A stretch of DNA of 49,909 nucleotides, counting the filler, from Actinomycetota bacterium (GTDB lineage: Bacteria > Actinomycetota > Actinomycetes > JAKEEW01): the NCBI GenBank assembly GCA_046725875.1. It is 2 parts of 2 records of this genome, joined end to end, with 100 filler letters (N's around TTAATTAATTAA, not from the genome) between each part and the next. Parts side by side here need not be neighbours in the genome. Positions count along the whole stretch, not along the records: positions 1 to 31,505 come from JBKOZJ010000195.1; 1 more part is not named here. One strand, given 5' to 3'. Shown here piece after piece: positions 20,816 through 30,543 of this stretch. Each line of letters opens with the position of its first letter. The first letter of the stretch is position 1. A program made the translations under genes and the position numbers. Under the pieces are notes generated by a model that saw only the letters and a program-made list of their open reading frames with translations, searched no databases and had not been told where the DNA came from.

Positions 20816-21586
20816 CTACGCCGCTTGAAAAACAAGCAGATCGCAATCCTCTTCGACCGGCCGCGGCGTCGTCTCGAGGGCGACATCCGCGTCGAGGGCG
20901 GCGAAGCCGCGCTCGATCTCGGTCTCGGGCAGGTACTCGAAGACCGAGATTGCCCGCAACCGCAGACGGCCTGCGTACTCGGTCAGACTTTCGGCGAAGC
21001 GGTGCCGCACCTGCTCCAGTGCGACGTATCTCAGTCCGGCGTCGGTGAAGACCTCCAGCACCTCGCTCGTCGTGGGAAACAGCCGCTGCTCGACCGTCCG
21101 CGCCGATGGAAAGTAGCGATGCCACAGCAGATCCGGCAGCCGGTCCGCGAATGTGTTGCGCACGATGACGCGCCCGCCCGGTCGCAGCACCCTGGCGATC
21201 TCGGCGGCGGCCGCCGGCCGATCGTGCACGTGGTGCAGCACCAGGTACATCAGCACGAGGTCGCAGCTGTCCGCGGTCAGCGGTATACGCTCCGCACGTC
21301 CGCCGATATAGGTCACGCCGGGGTGCGCCGCGGTCCGGAGCGCCACCGCCCGCATCCGCGCCGACGGTTCCACGCCGTATACGGGCCCGCCGAAGCTGTC
21401 GGCCAGGGCGGGCGTGAATCTGCCAGTGCCACATCCAAGATCGAGCACGGTAAGCGGCCGGCCGGTGCCGGCATGCCGGGCGAACGCCGTCATCCACGCG
21501 GCGACGGCCTCCGGCGAGATCGCGCGTCCCTGCGCGTACACCCGCGCCTGGTGCCCGTCGTAGTCGATCGGCCGAAGCATCCCCAT
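20816..21586 (-). CDS. Class I SAM-dependent methyltransferase
   Basis: VLDLGCGTG, GVEPS, AERIPL..SCDLV, LHHV, RVLRPGG. Confidence 0.93.
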   Translation of the reverse strand: MGMLRPIDYDGHQARVYAQGRAISPEAVAAWMTAFARHAGTGRPLTVLDLGCGTGRFTPALADSFGGPVYGVEPSARMRAVALRTAAHPGVTYIGGRAERIPLTADSCDLVLMYLVLHHVHDRPAAAAEIARVLRPGGRVIVRNTFADRLPDLLWHRYFPSARTVEQRLFPTTSEVLEVFTDAGLRYVALEQVRHRFAESLTEYAGRLRLRAISVFEYLPETEIERGFAALDADVALETTPRPVEEDCDLLVFQAA

Positions 21587-22374
21587 CGCATGAAGCTCCG
21601 CACGCTCAAGGCTCGCAGCTCAGGCGGGCTCTGTCGCACCGCACTCGTCCAGCGCGAGACGGAAGATCTGTGGGTTCGGCCTCTGGACACCGCGGCCGCG
21701 ATTCCCGACAAAGTCGCGGGTGCAATCAGAACGAGGACCATGCTAATGGCGAGGCCAGGAATCAATGTCGCCACCAGAATCTTCTGCCCCCTTCGCATCT
21801 GTCTCAATAACCGCCACATCAGTCCGACTATTGTTGTGGCCTCTTGTTCACGGCAATGCGCCCACGCAGTTGCGGAGCCATCCCCTCCCCTTCGCGTGAC
21901 ATAGAGAGCGACCAGAACGGCACCGCGAAGCAAATAGACACCGGCTGCGGCGAAGGGCGCCAGCACGATCCCCCCACCACTCGGTTCCCCGGATACACAA
22001 CATCAAGGACGACCAGTAGCCAATAGCCCGGGAAAACCACGACTCCCAATGCGAGGAGACCGACGGCGACAATCAGCGCGTGTCGACGATTCGCAGTCTT
22101 CTATCGGGATCGGTCGAGTCCGTAACAGGCGGCGAGACAGGAGCCAGAACCCGACACCCCACACGCCCGCCCGGAAAGCGGCGGTGAAATGCCCGGGGGT
22201 GCGGGCTATGGGAGTTCGGCGGCGGGCGGTGTGTCCGCGCTGCTCTCAGCCGTCGCGGCCGATGAGAACCCGTTCGCACCCTGAGCCCTCAGCAATGCGC
22301 GACCGGCCGTTCCAGGCCACAGGTGGTTCGACGTGCTACCGGGTGCTTGGTTGTGGATTCGGGCGAGCATCGTT

Positions 22375-22398
22375 ATATTCACCCTTGTGGATGAATAT
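22375..22398. promoter_or_regulatory. Probable ArsR autoregulatory operator
   Basis: ATATTCA-N10-TGAATAT inverted repeat overlapping GTG start 22387. Confidence 0.65.
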
Positions 22399-22731
22399 TC
22401 TGCGGTGCTGGATCGGGTCTTCTCGGCCGTCTCCGACCCCACGCGCCGCGCCATCCTGACCCGACTCGCCGACTCGGAGGCCCGGGTAACCGACGTCGCG
22501 AGTGCCTTTCCGATCTCGCTCAACTCGACGTCTAAACACATTCGGGTGCTGGAGCGGGCTGGCCTGGTGCGACGGAGTGTGCGAGGGCGCGAGCACATCT
22601 TGACCCTGGATGCGTCACCACTTGCCGAGGCGGCTGGATGGATCGAGCACTACCGCAGGTTCTGGAGCGATCAACTCGCCTCGCTCGACGCCTTTGTCAC
22701 CGGCCGCGAAAACGCTGAGAGGTCGTCGTGA
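22387..22731 (+). CDS. ArsR/SmtB-family regulator
   Basis: LDRVFSAVSDPTRRAIL..SKHIRVLERAGLV...GRE. Confidence 0.92.
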   Translation: MDEYSAVLDRVFSAVSDPTRRAILTRLADSEARVTDVASAFPISLNSTSKHIRVLERAGLVRRSVRGREHILTLDASPLAEAAGWIEHYRRFWSDQLASLDAFVTGRENAERSS

Positions 22732-23198
22732 CGGACGAGTACTCGGTGACTGTACGGCGGGAGATCGCCGCCGCAGCCGAAGATCTCTTCGACGCGTGGT
22801 TGGACGCGCAAAGCCTCGGGTTGTGGTTCAGGCCGGACGGCATTCGGGAGACTCGTGCCGAAATAGATCCCCGGGTGGGCGGTGCGTTCCGCATCGTCAT
22901 GGTCGATGATGACTCCTCCATCGTGCACTCCGGCACATATCGGGAGATCGACCGACCGCGTCGTCTGGTGTTCACGTGGTCTTCGCGCGCGACCCGGTTC
23001 CGGTACTCAATCGTGACTGTGACGTTCCAACCGTCATCCAGCGGCGCGACCCTGGTCGAGATCCATCAGGTCGGGCTTCCGGACGAGGAGGCGCAGTCCT
23101 CGCATTACGCGGGATGGTCGGACATTCTGCGTGAGCTTGGCCGGACCACCACAACGAAGATCGAAACGGCGGAGCAGGCAGGCAACCATGACGGATGA
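22728..23198 (+). CDS. SRPBCC/AHSA1-domain protein
   Basis: LFDAWLD...WF..DPRVGGAFRIVM..GTYREIDRPRRLVFTW..H.AGW. Confidence 0.92.
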   Translation: MTDEYSVTVRREIAAAAEDLFDAWLDAQSLGLWFRPDGIRETRAEIDPRVGGAFRIVMVDDDSSIVHSGTYREIDRPRRLVFTWSSRATRFRYSIVTVTFQPSSSGATLVEIHQVGLPDEEAQSSHYAGWSDILRELGRTTTTKIETAEQAGNHDG

Positions 23199-23877
23199 CT
23201 CGACGAACGTGGGTTCGCCGGCGGTGGTCGATCGGGCCCTCGTTAGGACGGCAGCCGCTATGGCGGCAACGCTCGGGCTTGCCGGGGCTTCGTGGGTCGT
23301 CGCCGTCCGGCAGATGAACGGGATGGACATGGGGGTTGCCACCGGGCTTGGTTCGTTCGGGTTCTTTATCCCGGTCTGGGTGTCGATGATGGCGGCGATG
23401 ATGCTGCCGGGCGCCGTCCCGGCAGTGGTGAGATGGGCTCATGCCGGCCGGGGTATACGCGCCGTGCCGCTATTCGTCGGGTCCTACCTTGCCGTCTGGA
23501 CGCTCGTTGGCGTCGCGGTGTATGCGTGGTATCCGCCGCACGGGTCTTTCGCGGCCGGTGCGGTTGCGATCGCGGCAGGTGTTTACGAGTTCACGCCGCT
23601 CAAGCAGTACTTCCGCAGGCGCTGCCGCGAGAGCGTCCGCTCTGGGTTCGAGTTCGGGGTCTGCTGCGTCGGCTCGAGCATCGGTCTGATGCTGATGCTC
23701 GTGGCGCTGGGCATCATGAGTGTCCTCTGGATGTCCGTTATTGCCGTCCTCGTCTTGGCCCAGAAGCTGCTGCCTGCGAAGGCCGCCATAGATGTGCCAG
23801 TGGCGTTGAAGATCGTCGGACTGGGAGTCCTGATCGTCCTCGCACCCTCGTCGGTTCCCGGCACGCCACTGATGTGA
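23188..23877 (+). CDS. DUF2182 predicted metal-binding membrane protein
   Basis: MMAAMMLP, YEFTPLK...C, CCVGSS.GLM, GIMSVLWM, QKLLP. Confidence 0.88.
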   Translation: MTDDSTNVGSPAVVDRALVRTAAAMAATLGLAGASWVVAVRQMNGMDMGVATGLGSFGFFIPVWVSMMAAMMLPGAVPAVVRWAHAGRGIRAVPLFVGSYLAVWTLVGVAVYAWYPPHGSFAAGAVAIAAGVYEFTPLKQYFRRRCRESVRSGFEFGVCCVGSSIGLMLMLVALGIMSVLWMSVIAVLVLAQKLLPAKAAIDVPVALKIVGLGVLIVLAPSSVPGTPLM

Positions 23878-23906
23878 GGCCGCATGAGCACAAATGGAGA
23901 GACACA

Positions 23907-24692
23907 ATGACTGATCACAAGATCGGAACGCGTGAGGAGTGGCTCGCAGCCCGGCTGGAGCTGCTCGAGGCGGAGAAGGAGCTGACCCGGCGCGGCGACG
24001 AGCTGGCGCGGCGACGGCAGGAGCTGCCGTGGGTCCGGATCGACAAGGAGTACCGGTTCGACACCGACGACGGGAGCGCCTCGCTGGCCGACCTCTTCGA
24101 AGGCCGTTCGCAGCTGCTGGTCTATCACTTCATGTTCGGAACCGAGTACACGGCTGGGTGTCCGGCCTGTTCGGCGATCGCGGACGGCTTCGACGGGTTC
24201 GTCGTCCACCTGGCCAACCATGACGTGATGCTGTGGGCGGTTTCGCGGGCGCCCATCGAGAAGCTGCAGGCGTACAAGCAGCGGATGGGCTGGGGCTTCC
24301 CCTGGGCTTCGTCATACGACAGCGACTTCAACCCCGACTTCGGGGTTGCCTATACCGAGGAGCAGCAACGGTCGGGAGTCGGCGAGTACAACTTCCGCGC
24401 GTTTGACTTGAGGGCGTCTGCAGCGGCCGGCACAGAGGGGCCACTTGCCGATTGGGCAGCAACGACCGGAACGGACTGGGCGACCTACACACAAGAGGCT
24501 CCCGGTATGAGCGCGTTCGCGCTCGAGGACGGCGTCGTCTACCACACCTACTCGGCCTACGCGCGCGGGCTGGACGGCCTCTGGGGCATGTACCAGTGGC
24601 TCGACCGCGCTCCACGAGGACGAAACGAGACGCGTACCAACGACGACCCACTCAACTGGTTCCGTCGGCACGATGAGTACAACGGCGAGTGA
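23907..24692 (+). CDS. DUF899 thioredoxin-like protein
   Basis: REEWLAARLELLEAEKELTR, QLLVYHFMF, GCPACS, YHTYSAYARG, LDRAPRGRNE. Confidence 0.93.
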   Translation: MTDHKIGTREEWLAARLELLEAEKELTRRGDELARRRQELPWVRIDKEYRFDTDDGSASLADLFEGRSQLLVYHFMFGTEYTAGCPACSAIADGFDGFVVHLANHDVMLWAVSRAPIEKLQAYKQRMGWGFPWASSYDSDFNPDFGVAYTEEQQRSGVGEYNFRAFDLRASAAAGTEGPLADWAATTGTDWATYTQEAPGMSAFALEDGVVYHTYSAYARGLDGLWGMYQWLDRAPRGRNETRTNDDPLNWFRRHDEYNGE

Positions 24693-25408
24693 CTCGGCGT
24701 CGACTCCCGAGGATCTCCGCGAGAGCGGCTCAGGGCCAGCGAGAGAGCCACACGACCCGCGTGGGCAGCCCGATGTGAGAGCAACAGCCCGGGTGCCCAG
24801 ACCGAGCCTCGCCAGGCACCGGTTGTGGCGATGTCGGCGACCAGGTCGAGGGAGGCCGGTCGCCATGGTTCGGCGGCACGGCCAACGCGTCGACCGAGAC
24901 CGAGCAGTTCTGGAACACCGAGAAGTTCCAGCTGATCGACGACGGCGGCGGAGGTTGCCGCGATCCTCGTTGATGGTCACGATCGAACCCCCAGAGATGC
25001 GCGGCCATCGCGCTCGCCGGCGCGACCTCCCACTCGGAAGGTGATGCCGGAGTCGTTCCAGATGCATATCGGTGCCGGCTGCTGCATCGAGACGCTCGCG
25101 GTTGCCACGTCCCCGGCATGGCTACGACACCGAAGTCGGATGCCGGCCGAACAGCGCCCATGGGCTGGAGGAGATCGGGCAAGTGGCCGTCGCCAGAGTC
25201 ACCCTCGTCCCCAATCGCTCGGCGCGCGGCGACGAGCTGGCCGAGTTCATCCTCGCTGCGGCCGACGAACCGCAAACCTGACGGCCCGCGGCTGAAACCC
25301 CAATGAAGAGGTGACCGTCCGGGCCCGGGCGAATCCGACGCTCACCGGAGGGACGCTTGGTGAGCGTGGTGGACCCGCGTAGCCTGCGAGGGGTCTTCGG
25401 GTGCCGTC

Positions 25409-26284
25409 TCAGGTGTCGCTATCGATGACCTCACGCAGTCGTGCGGCGAACGCCTCTGGCTCACCCGCGTAGCCAAACTCGCCACCGAGGAAGCCGCCGT
25501 GATGGCTCGGGAACTCGGTCAACGGCTTATTCAGCGCCTGGGCCGTCGCTGCTGCTGCGCGCCCGGTCATCGCGGTTCGTGACTCGACACCAGCCGCGAT
25601 GACCACCCGCGTTGGAGCGGCCGCGAGGGCCTCGATGTCGGGACGGTAGCTGGTGATTGCGTTGGCTGTTCCGGAGAGCAGCGGGTCGTCGCGGGCGCCG
25701 TCGTCTTCGGTGGACAGGCCGAACTGGGCCGGATCGGGATCGGGCTGGGCGGCGTACTCGTCGGTGAACTCGCCCTGCCATGACGTCATGGCGATGAAGC
25801 GGGCCATTCCTGCGCCAAAACCCTTCCGGTGGTAGGCCGCCTGGACGTCGCGTTCCGCCGCCAGGGCACGGTCGGCGTCGGGGAGGAGCGTCAGCAAGGG
25901 CGGTTCGTGGGCTACGAGAGTGCCGACGTCCTCGGGATGTTCTGCCACGAGGGCGAGCGCGTTGACCGCGCCGCCGCTGCTGGCGAACACATCCACCGGT
26001 CCGATGCCGAGTGCGGTGGTGAGGGCGTGCAGGTCCGCGGCGTGCAGCTCAGGGGTGCGCTCGTCACGGCCGTCTTTACGGATGCTGCGGCCGATGCCGC
26101 GCGGATCGTAGGTGACCACCGTACGGTCGCTGAAGTATGAAGCAAGCGTCTCGAAGCCCCTGGCGTCCATCGGATGGCCCGCCATCAACAGCGGTGGCCG
26201 CCCACCAGCAGTGGGCGACGGAGCGCGCACGTCATAGACCAAGTCGACATCGGGGGTTACGAGCGTGTGGGTCTGCGTTTCCAT
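25409..26284 (-). CDS. Alpha/beta hydrolase
   Basis: TYDPRG.GRS, ASSGG, AHEPP, FPSHHGGF. Confidence 0.9.
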   Translation of the reverse strand: METQTHTLVTPDVDLVYDVRAPSPTAGGRPPLLMAGHPMDARGFETLASYFSDRTVVTYDPRGIGRSIRKDGRDERTPELHAADLHALTTALGIGPVDVFASSGGAVNALALVAEHPEDVGTLVAHEPPLLTLLPDADRALAAERDVQAAYHRKGFGAGMARFIAMTSWQGEFTDEYAAQPDPDPAQFGLSTEDDGARDDPLLSGTANAITSYRPDIEALAAAPTRVVIAAGVESRTAMTGRAAAATAQALNKPLTEFPSHHGGFLGGEFGYAGEPEAFAARLREVIDSDT

Positions 26285-26619
26285 GGTCGTGGCGTCCTCT
26301 CTGCGGCTCAGGACCGCTGCCGCACCCGGATGACGTCGTGTCGTCACGTCTTACAGACCGCCCCGGAGCGCGAAGTCATCAGCCCGCTCGCTTACCTCGG
26401 CAGCCAGGGCATCTCCTTCGTACGCCGTGACGAGAGGATTCCACCACACGCCTTCGAGCATGAGGTGGCGGGGGTAACACACCTGACCTACGAGAGCGAT
26501 CGCCACAGCCCCGCTTGCGGCCCGAAGACGCCTACAGAACCGTCCGGTCATGCCGCGCTCATTGCGACCTACCGGAGTGCGGGCAGGAACTCGCACCCAG
26601 GGTGCGAGCCTGCCGTTGG

Positions 26620-27051
26620 TCATCGGTGATGCGGGATGGGTTCGAGCAGGACCACGGGGATGGTCCGGTCAGTGCGGGACTGATAGATGCGGTATCCCGG
26701 GTACGCCGCGACGATCCGCGGCCACCAGGTTTCTCTCTCGTCGGTGTCGGCTGTGCGGGCCCGAACAGCCCACGTCCTCGACCGCACCTGGACGAGGGCG
26801 CGCGGTTCGGCCACGATGTTGCGATACCACTCCGGGTCCCGCGGTCGCCCTCCCCATGATGCGATCACGACCAGCGTGTCACCGTCCGGTAGGTAGAGCA
26901 GCGGAACCGTGTGCGCCTTGCCGGTGGTACGGCCCCGCGTGGTGAACAGCAGCATGTCGTTGCCGACCAGCCGGCGCCCCAGGACACCGCCGGTGAGTCG
27001 GTAGACGTTGACATGGAGCCGGGACAGTCGCCGGGCCGTATTGTCGCGCAC
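26620..27051 (-). CDS. F420H2-dependent nitroreductase family (Ddn/DUF385)
   Basis: LLFTTRGRTTGK..PLLY..VIASWGG..PEWYRNI..YQSRTDRTIPVV. Confidence 0.92.
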   Translation of the reverse strand: MRDNTARRLSRLHVNVYRLTGGVLGRRLVGNDMLLFTTRGRTTGKAHTVPLLYLPDGDTLVVIASWGGRPRDPEWYRNIVAEPRALVQVRSRTWAVRARTADTDERETWWPRIVAAYPGYRIYQSRTDRTIPVVLLEPIPHHR

Positions 27052-27372
27052 TACCGACGAGTCTACGAGCGCCGCGTTGGGGCGGGGAGAATACTTGCAG
27101 GCCATCCGAGTCAAGCCCTGGGGCGCGGCGGGTGGCAGCCTGTCGGGCATGACAGGAGGTCTGGAGCGCGATGCTGGCCGCGGCGACCGAACTCATCGCC
27201 GCTCATTTTCGGTCACCACACTGCCTTCACCCTCACGAGTCGAGATCGACTTCGGCGATGAACGGATCGAAGTCAGCGGGCTGTGCTGATGCATGGATGA
27301 CGAGCCGCTCGCCGTTTGGCAATCGGTGATCCTGAATCGGACAACGGAACCGAGTTCTACATAGGCCGGTTT

Positions 27373-28071
27373 GGGTCTGTTGCGTTGGTCGATCGTGGTG
27401 CATGCGAAGTGGGTGTCTCGCCCGATGCCGCACTCAAACTGACATCGCTAGGCGGCCGAACGCGATGGCGAGTCGAAGGTTGCGAGGTTGGTCGGCGGCG
27501 ATCTCGTAGCGACCGCGGCGCAGGTTCTGAACGAACGCGTGACCGGCGGCGAGTATCCGCAACCCGGCCATGGTCTTGATCCCGCGCATCGGGCGCAGCC
27601 GCCGTTTCAACTGGGCGTGGTCGGCCTCGACCCGGTTGTTCGCGTACCGCTCGACGTCGTGCCACAGCTCGTCCACAACCGCGGGATAGGTGGGCGCTCG
27701 GTCGGTGATGACCTCGGCTGGCGCCACGCCGGTGGAGCTCCTCGCTCGGTGGAAGAACCGATGCCCCGAGTCGCTGTCCCGGCGCGCGGACACGTACACG
27801 TCGACGACCTACCCGAACTGGTCGACCGCCCGGTACAGGTACACCCAGCGACCGGCCACCGTGACGCCACGCTCGGCCAGCAGCTCCTCGACATCGCGGT
27901 AGGACAGTCCGAACCGCATATACCAGCGCACCGCCAGCACGATCACCTCCGGCGGGAACCGAAATCCAGCGAACGCCAAGCGAGAGGGGACCGGGACGAT
28001 GGTGCGCCGAATCAGCAGCATGCGGCGGAAGCATGCCGAGCGGGCCCAGTCTCAGTTGACGCAACAGACCC
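27373..28071 (-). mobile_element. IS6-family element, 699 bp, transposase inactivated
   Basis: Perfect 13-bp TIRs GGGTCTGTTGCGT (27373-27385) / ACGCAACAGACCC (28059-28071); FRFPPEVI..AVRWY, YLYRAVD, TDRAPTY, NNRVEADH; internal stop and deletion. Confidence 0.93.
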
Positions 28072-28107
28072 CTTTCCAGTCTTCCGCTACGGGGCCGGGC
28101 GGCACCG

Positions 28108-28650
28108 TCTGGCCGCCTGGCAAAGCCTCGCAGCGTTTGAGCGCCGCGCCTTTCACTGCGCACCTGGCTCTATCGGATCGCCACAAATCGAGGCGTCAAC
28201 ACCGGTCGTTCTGCCCGCCGTCGAGCGGCCAAGGAGTGGGACGTGCCTGATGTTGAGCCGCCCGAGCCGACCAGGCTCGGCGAGGTCGTTTGGCTTGAGC
28301 CAATTTCCGACGCCCTACTCGCGCGTGGCATCGACGTGCCGCCAGGCCCGGAGGCTCGCTACGAACAGAACGAATCGATATCCCTGGCCTTCGTGACCGC
28401 GCTGCAGGTGCTGCCGCCCCGCCAGGTCGCCGTACTGGTCTTGCGCGACGTCCTTGGCTTTCGTGCGGACGAAGTGGCCGACATGCTCGACTCCACGGTG
28501 CAATCAGTCAACAGCGCCCGCAAACGCGCACGCGCCGGCCTGCGGCACCAACGATCGAGCTTCGCCGACCGCGAACCGGCGCCCGCCTCCGGCTCACCGG
28601 CCGAGGACGCGATCGTGGCGAGGTTTGTGCGCACTTGGGAGGGCACCGAT
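28108..28650 (+). pseudogene. ECF sigma factor (SigG-like, SnoaL-fused type) remnant
   Basis: LAAWQSLAAFERRA / LRTWLYRIATN / WLEPISD..LAFVTALQVLPPRQ.AVLVLRDVLGF; frameshifts, both ends missing. Confidence 0.85.
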
Positions 28651-28771
28651 CTGGTCCCACCTTTGGGTCGGGATCATCCCGACCGGCATCGCGGCCGTCG
28701 CGACTGCGATGGCGTTGACCACCCCGGGTACGCCATCGGAGCTGACCGTGCTCGGCGGCCATATGCCACGC

Positions 28772-28807
28772 CTGAGCAGGTTGCGCGGGAACGCGCAGCC
28801 TGCTCAG
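28772..28807 (+). terminator. Strong hairpin with GGAA loop
   Basis: CTGAGCAGGTTGCGCG-GGAA-CGCGCAGCCTGCTCAG, 16-bp stem with one G-U pair. Confidence 0.55.
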
Positions 28808-28856
28808 TTCGCTCTCCTTGTTGCCAACCGCCAGGGTGACGAACGCATCAGTTTGG

Positions 28857-28887
28857 TTGACCTAGAGGCGACTCTAGGTCTTAGGGT
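28857..28887 (+). promoter_or_regulatory. MerR-type promoter/operator
   Basis: -35 TTGACC, 19-bp spacer, -10 TAGGGT; palindrome GACCTAGAG-gcga-CTCTAGGTC 28859-28880; ATG 7 nt downstream. Confidence 0.8.
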
Positions 28888-28894
28888 GCCTCAG

Positions 28895-29938
28895 ATGAGC
28901 GACCCGAGGACTGCCTTTGTGATCGGTGCAACAGGCCAGATTGGCAGCGCCGCCGTCCATGCACTCGTTGGGGATGGCTGGAAGGTGCGTGGGGCCGCCA
29001 CGGCGGGGCACTGCGAGGGCTTGCCGGACGGGGTCGAGATCACGGAGCTGGATCGGGAGGACACCGACGCGCTGATGGCCGCCCTCGGCGATGGCGCCGA
29101 TGTCGTCGTGGATTGCGTGGCTTACCGTCGCCGCCACGCGGAACAGCTGCTCACGCTTGCCGATCGCGTCGGATCGGCTGTCGTGATCTCCAGTGTGGCG
29201 GTTTACCTGGACGACCTGGGCCGTCCTTTCGGGACCGAAGAGACGCGATACCCCGTCCCCATCCCGGAGACACAGACCACAGTCGAGCCGGTGGACGACG
29301 ACTACGCGACCGGCAAGGCCGCGCTGGAACAACAGTTCCAGCGCGCCGCGGACGAGCTGCCGGTCACTGTCTTGCGTGCCGGAGCGGTCCACGGGCCCCG
29401 GACCAAACACCCGCGCGAGTGGTACTTCATCAAGCGCGCCCTGGACGCCCGACTGGTCCGTATCCTCGCACATGGCGGTCGCAGCCGCTTCCACACAATC
29501 TCTACAGCCAACCTCGCCGAGCTAATCCGGCTGGCCGCCGGCAAACCCGGTACCCGCGTACTGAATGCCGGCGACCCGCAGGCACCTACCGCGGCGGAGA
29601 TCAGCGCAGCCGTGGACGACGTTATGGGCGTGACAAGCGAGCTCGTGCTGGTCGAAGGCCCCCCGCCCGCCGCCAACATCGGCGACAGCCCATGGGGCAT
29701 ACCACATCCGATAGTGCTGGACATGGCGGCCGCTGCCCGGGAACTCGACTACCGGCCGGTCACCGGATACGCGGAGTCCTTGGCCGCCACGGTCCCCTGG
29801 GTGATCGAGGCGACGCGGGGTCGTGACTGGCGCGAGGTCTTCCCCGACCTGGTCGACAACTACGGCCCGGACTACGACTTCTTTGCCTACGCCGCCGAGG
29901 ACCGCTGGTTGGCAGAGCAGGACACCCACCGACGGTGA
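28895..29938 (+). CDS. NAD-dependent epimerase/dehydratase-family reductase
   Basis: VIGATGQIG, ISSVAVY, YATGK, LRAGAVHGP. Confidence 0.9.
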   Translation: MSDPRTAFVIGATGQIGSAAVHALVGDGWKVRGAATAGHCEGLPDGVEITELDREDTDALMAALGDGADVVVDCVAYRRRHAEQLLTLADRVGSAVVISSVAVYLDDLGRPFGTEETRYPVPIPETQTTVEPVDDDYATGKAALEQQFQRAADELPVTVLRAGAVHGPRTKHPREWYFIKRALDARLVRILAHGGRSRFHTISTANLAELIRLAAGKPGTRVLNAGDPQAPTAAEISAAVDDVMGVTSELVLVEGPPPAANIGDSPWGIPHPIVLDMAAAARELDYRPVTGYAESLAATVPWVIEATRGRDWREVFPDLVDNYGPDYDFFAYAAEDRWLAEQDTHRR

Positions 29939-30057
29939 TACACCGAACCTGGTAGGTGCCGGTTCGTCTGCTGTGGTTCAACACTGCACGCTCGTCCTCG
30001 GAGGCCCGCCTTCATCGGTCGATCACTGATGTGCCGACCGCGTTTTGGCGCAAACTG

Positions 30058-30519
30058 CTAGTCGCGGAGTCGCCGGTATAGAAGTCCGAAGTCCTCACTC
30101 CAGCTGACACCGTCGTCGCTGTGTTCCCAACGGCCGGTAATGGCTGTGTGATCGGGCCCGAACGTGCCGGTGAAGCGTTGGTGGAACTCAAGCGGCGAGA
30201 GGTCCGGCTCGGTCCTCCACAGCCGCCAGGTCTCACCGTTGAACTCCATGGCATAGATCCGGGCCACGCCTCGCGAGTCGAACTGGTACTGGCGAAAACC
30301 TTCCTTCGGCGCGGCTCCGATCACGGCGAAGCCGTTGGGGACCTCGGGAATCGGTACCTCCCAGCGTTCGATCAGGAAGCCGCCTCCCGGTAGCCACTCG
30401 AATGAAACATTGCCCCGAAGCTCCGGCGGAGCCTCACCTTCCGGCAATAGCGGCTCGACGGTCCATAGGCCCACGAAGGGCTTCAGGAGGGTCAATCGCT
30501 CGTCCAACTCTGTCGTCAT
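30058..30519 (-). CDS. Conserved hypothetical beta-barrel protein (DUF1579-like)
   Basis: LKPFVGLW, FEWLPGGGFL, FDSRGVARIY, QRFTGTF, ITGRWEHSDDG.SW..DF.L.YRR; GAGGT RBS. Confidence 0.8.
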   Translation of the reverse strand: MTTELDERLTLLKPFVGLWTVEPLLPEGEAPPELRGNVSFEWLPGGGFLIERWEVPIPEVPNGFAVIGAAPKEGFRQYQFDSRGVARIYAMEFNGETWRLWRTEPDLSPLEFHQRFTGTFGPDHTAITGRWEHSDDGVSWSEDFGLLYRRLRD

Positions 30520-30543
30520 CAGCTACCTCTTTGCGTGGTGATT

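Noticed and set aside
21590..22330. Hydrophobic minus-strand frames in a lower-GC stretch
   Set aside because: Fragmented with no recognisable family; possibly a decayed membrane gene
23292..23906. 466-aa extended DUF899 ORF
   Set aside because: The extension is an off-frame overlap with DUF2182; the real start is ATG 23907 with a GGAGAG RBS
24700..25300. Coding-like fragments (EQFWNTEKFQLIDDGG; DELAEFILAAA)
   Set aside because: Too short to assign; probably remnants
28454..28894. N-terminal extension of the epimerase ORF
   Set aside because: Crosses the sigma remnant, hairpin and promoter; the Rossmann motif begins right after ATG 28895
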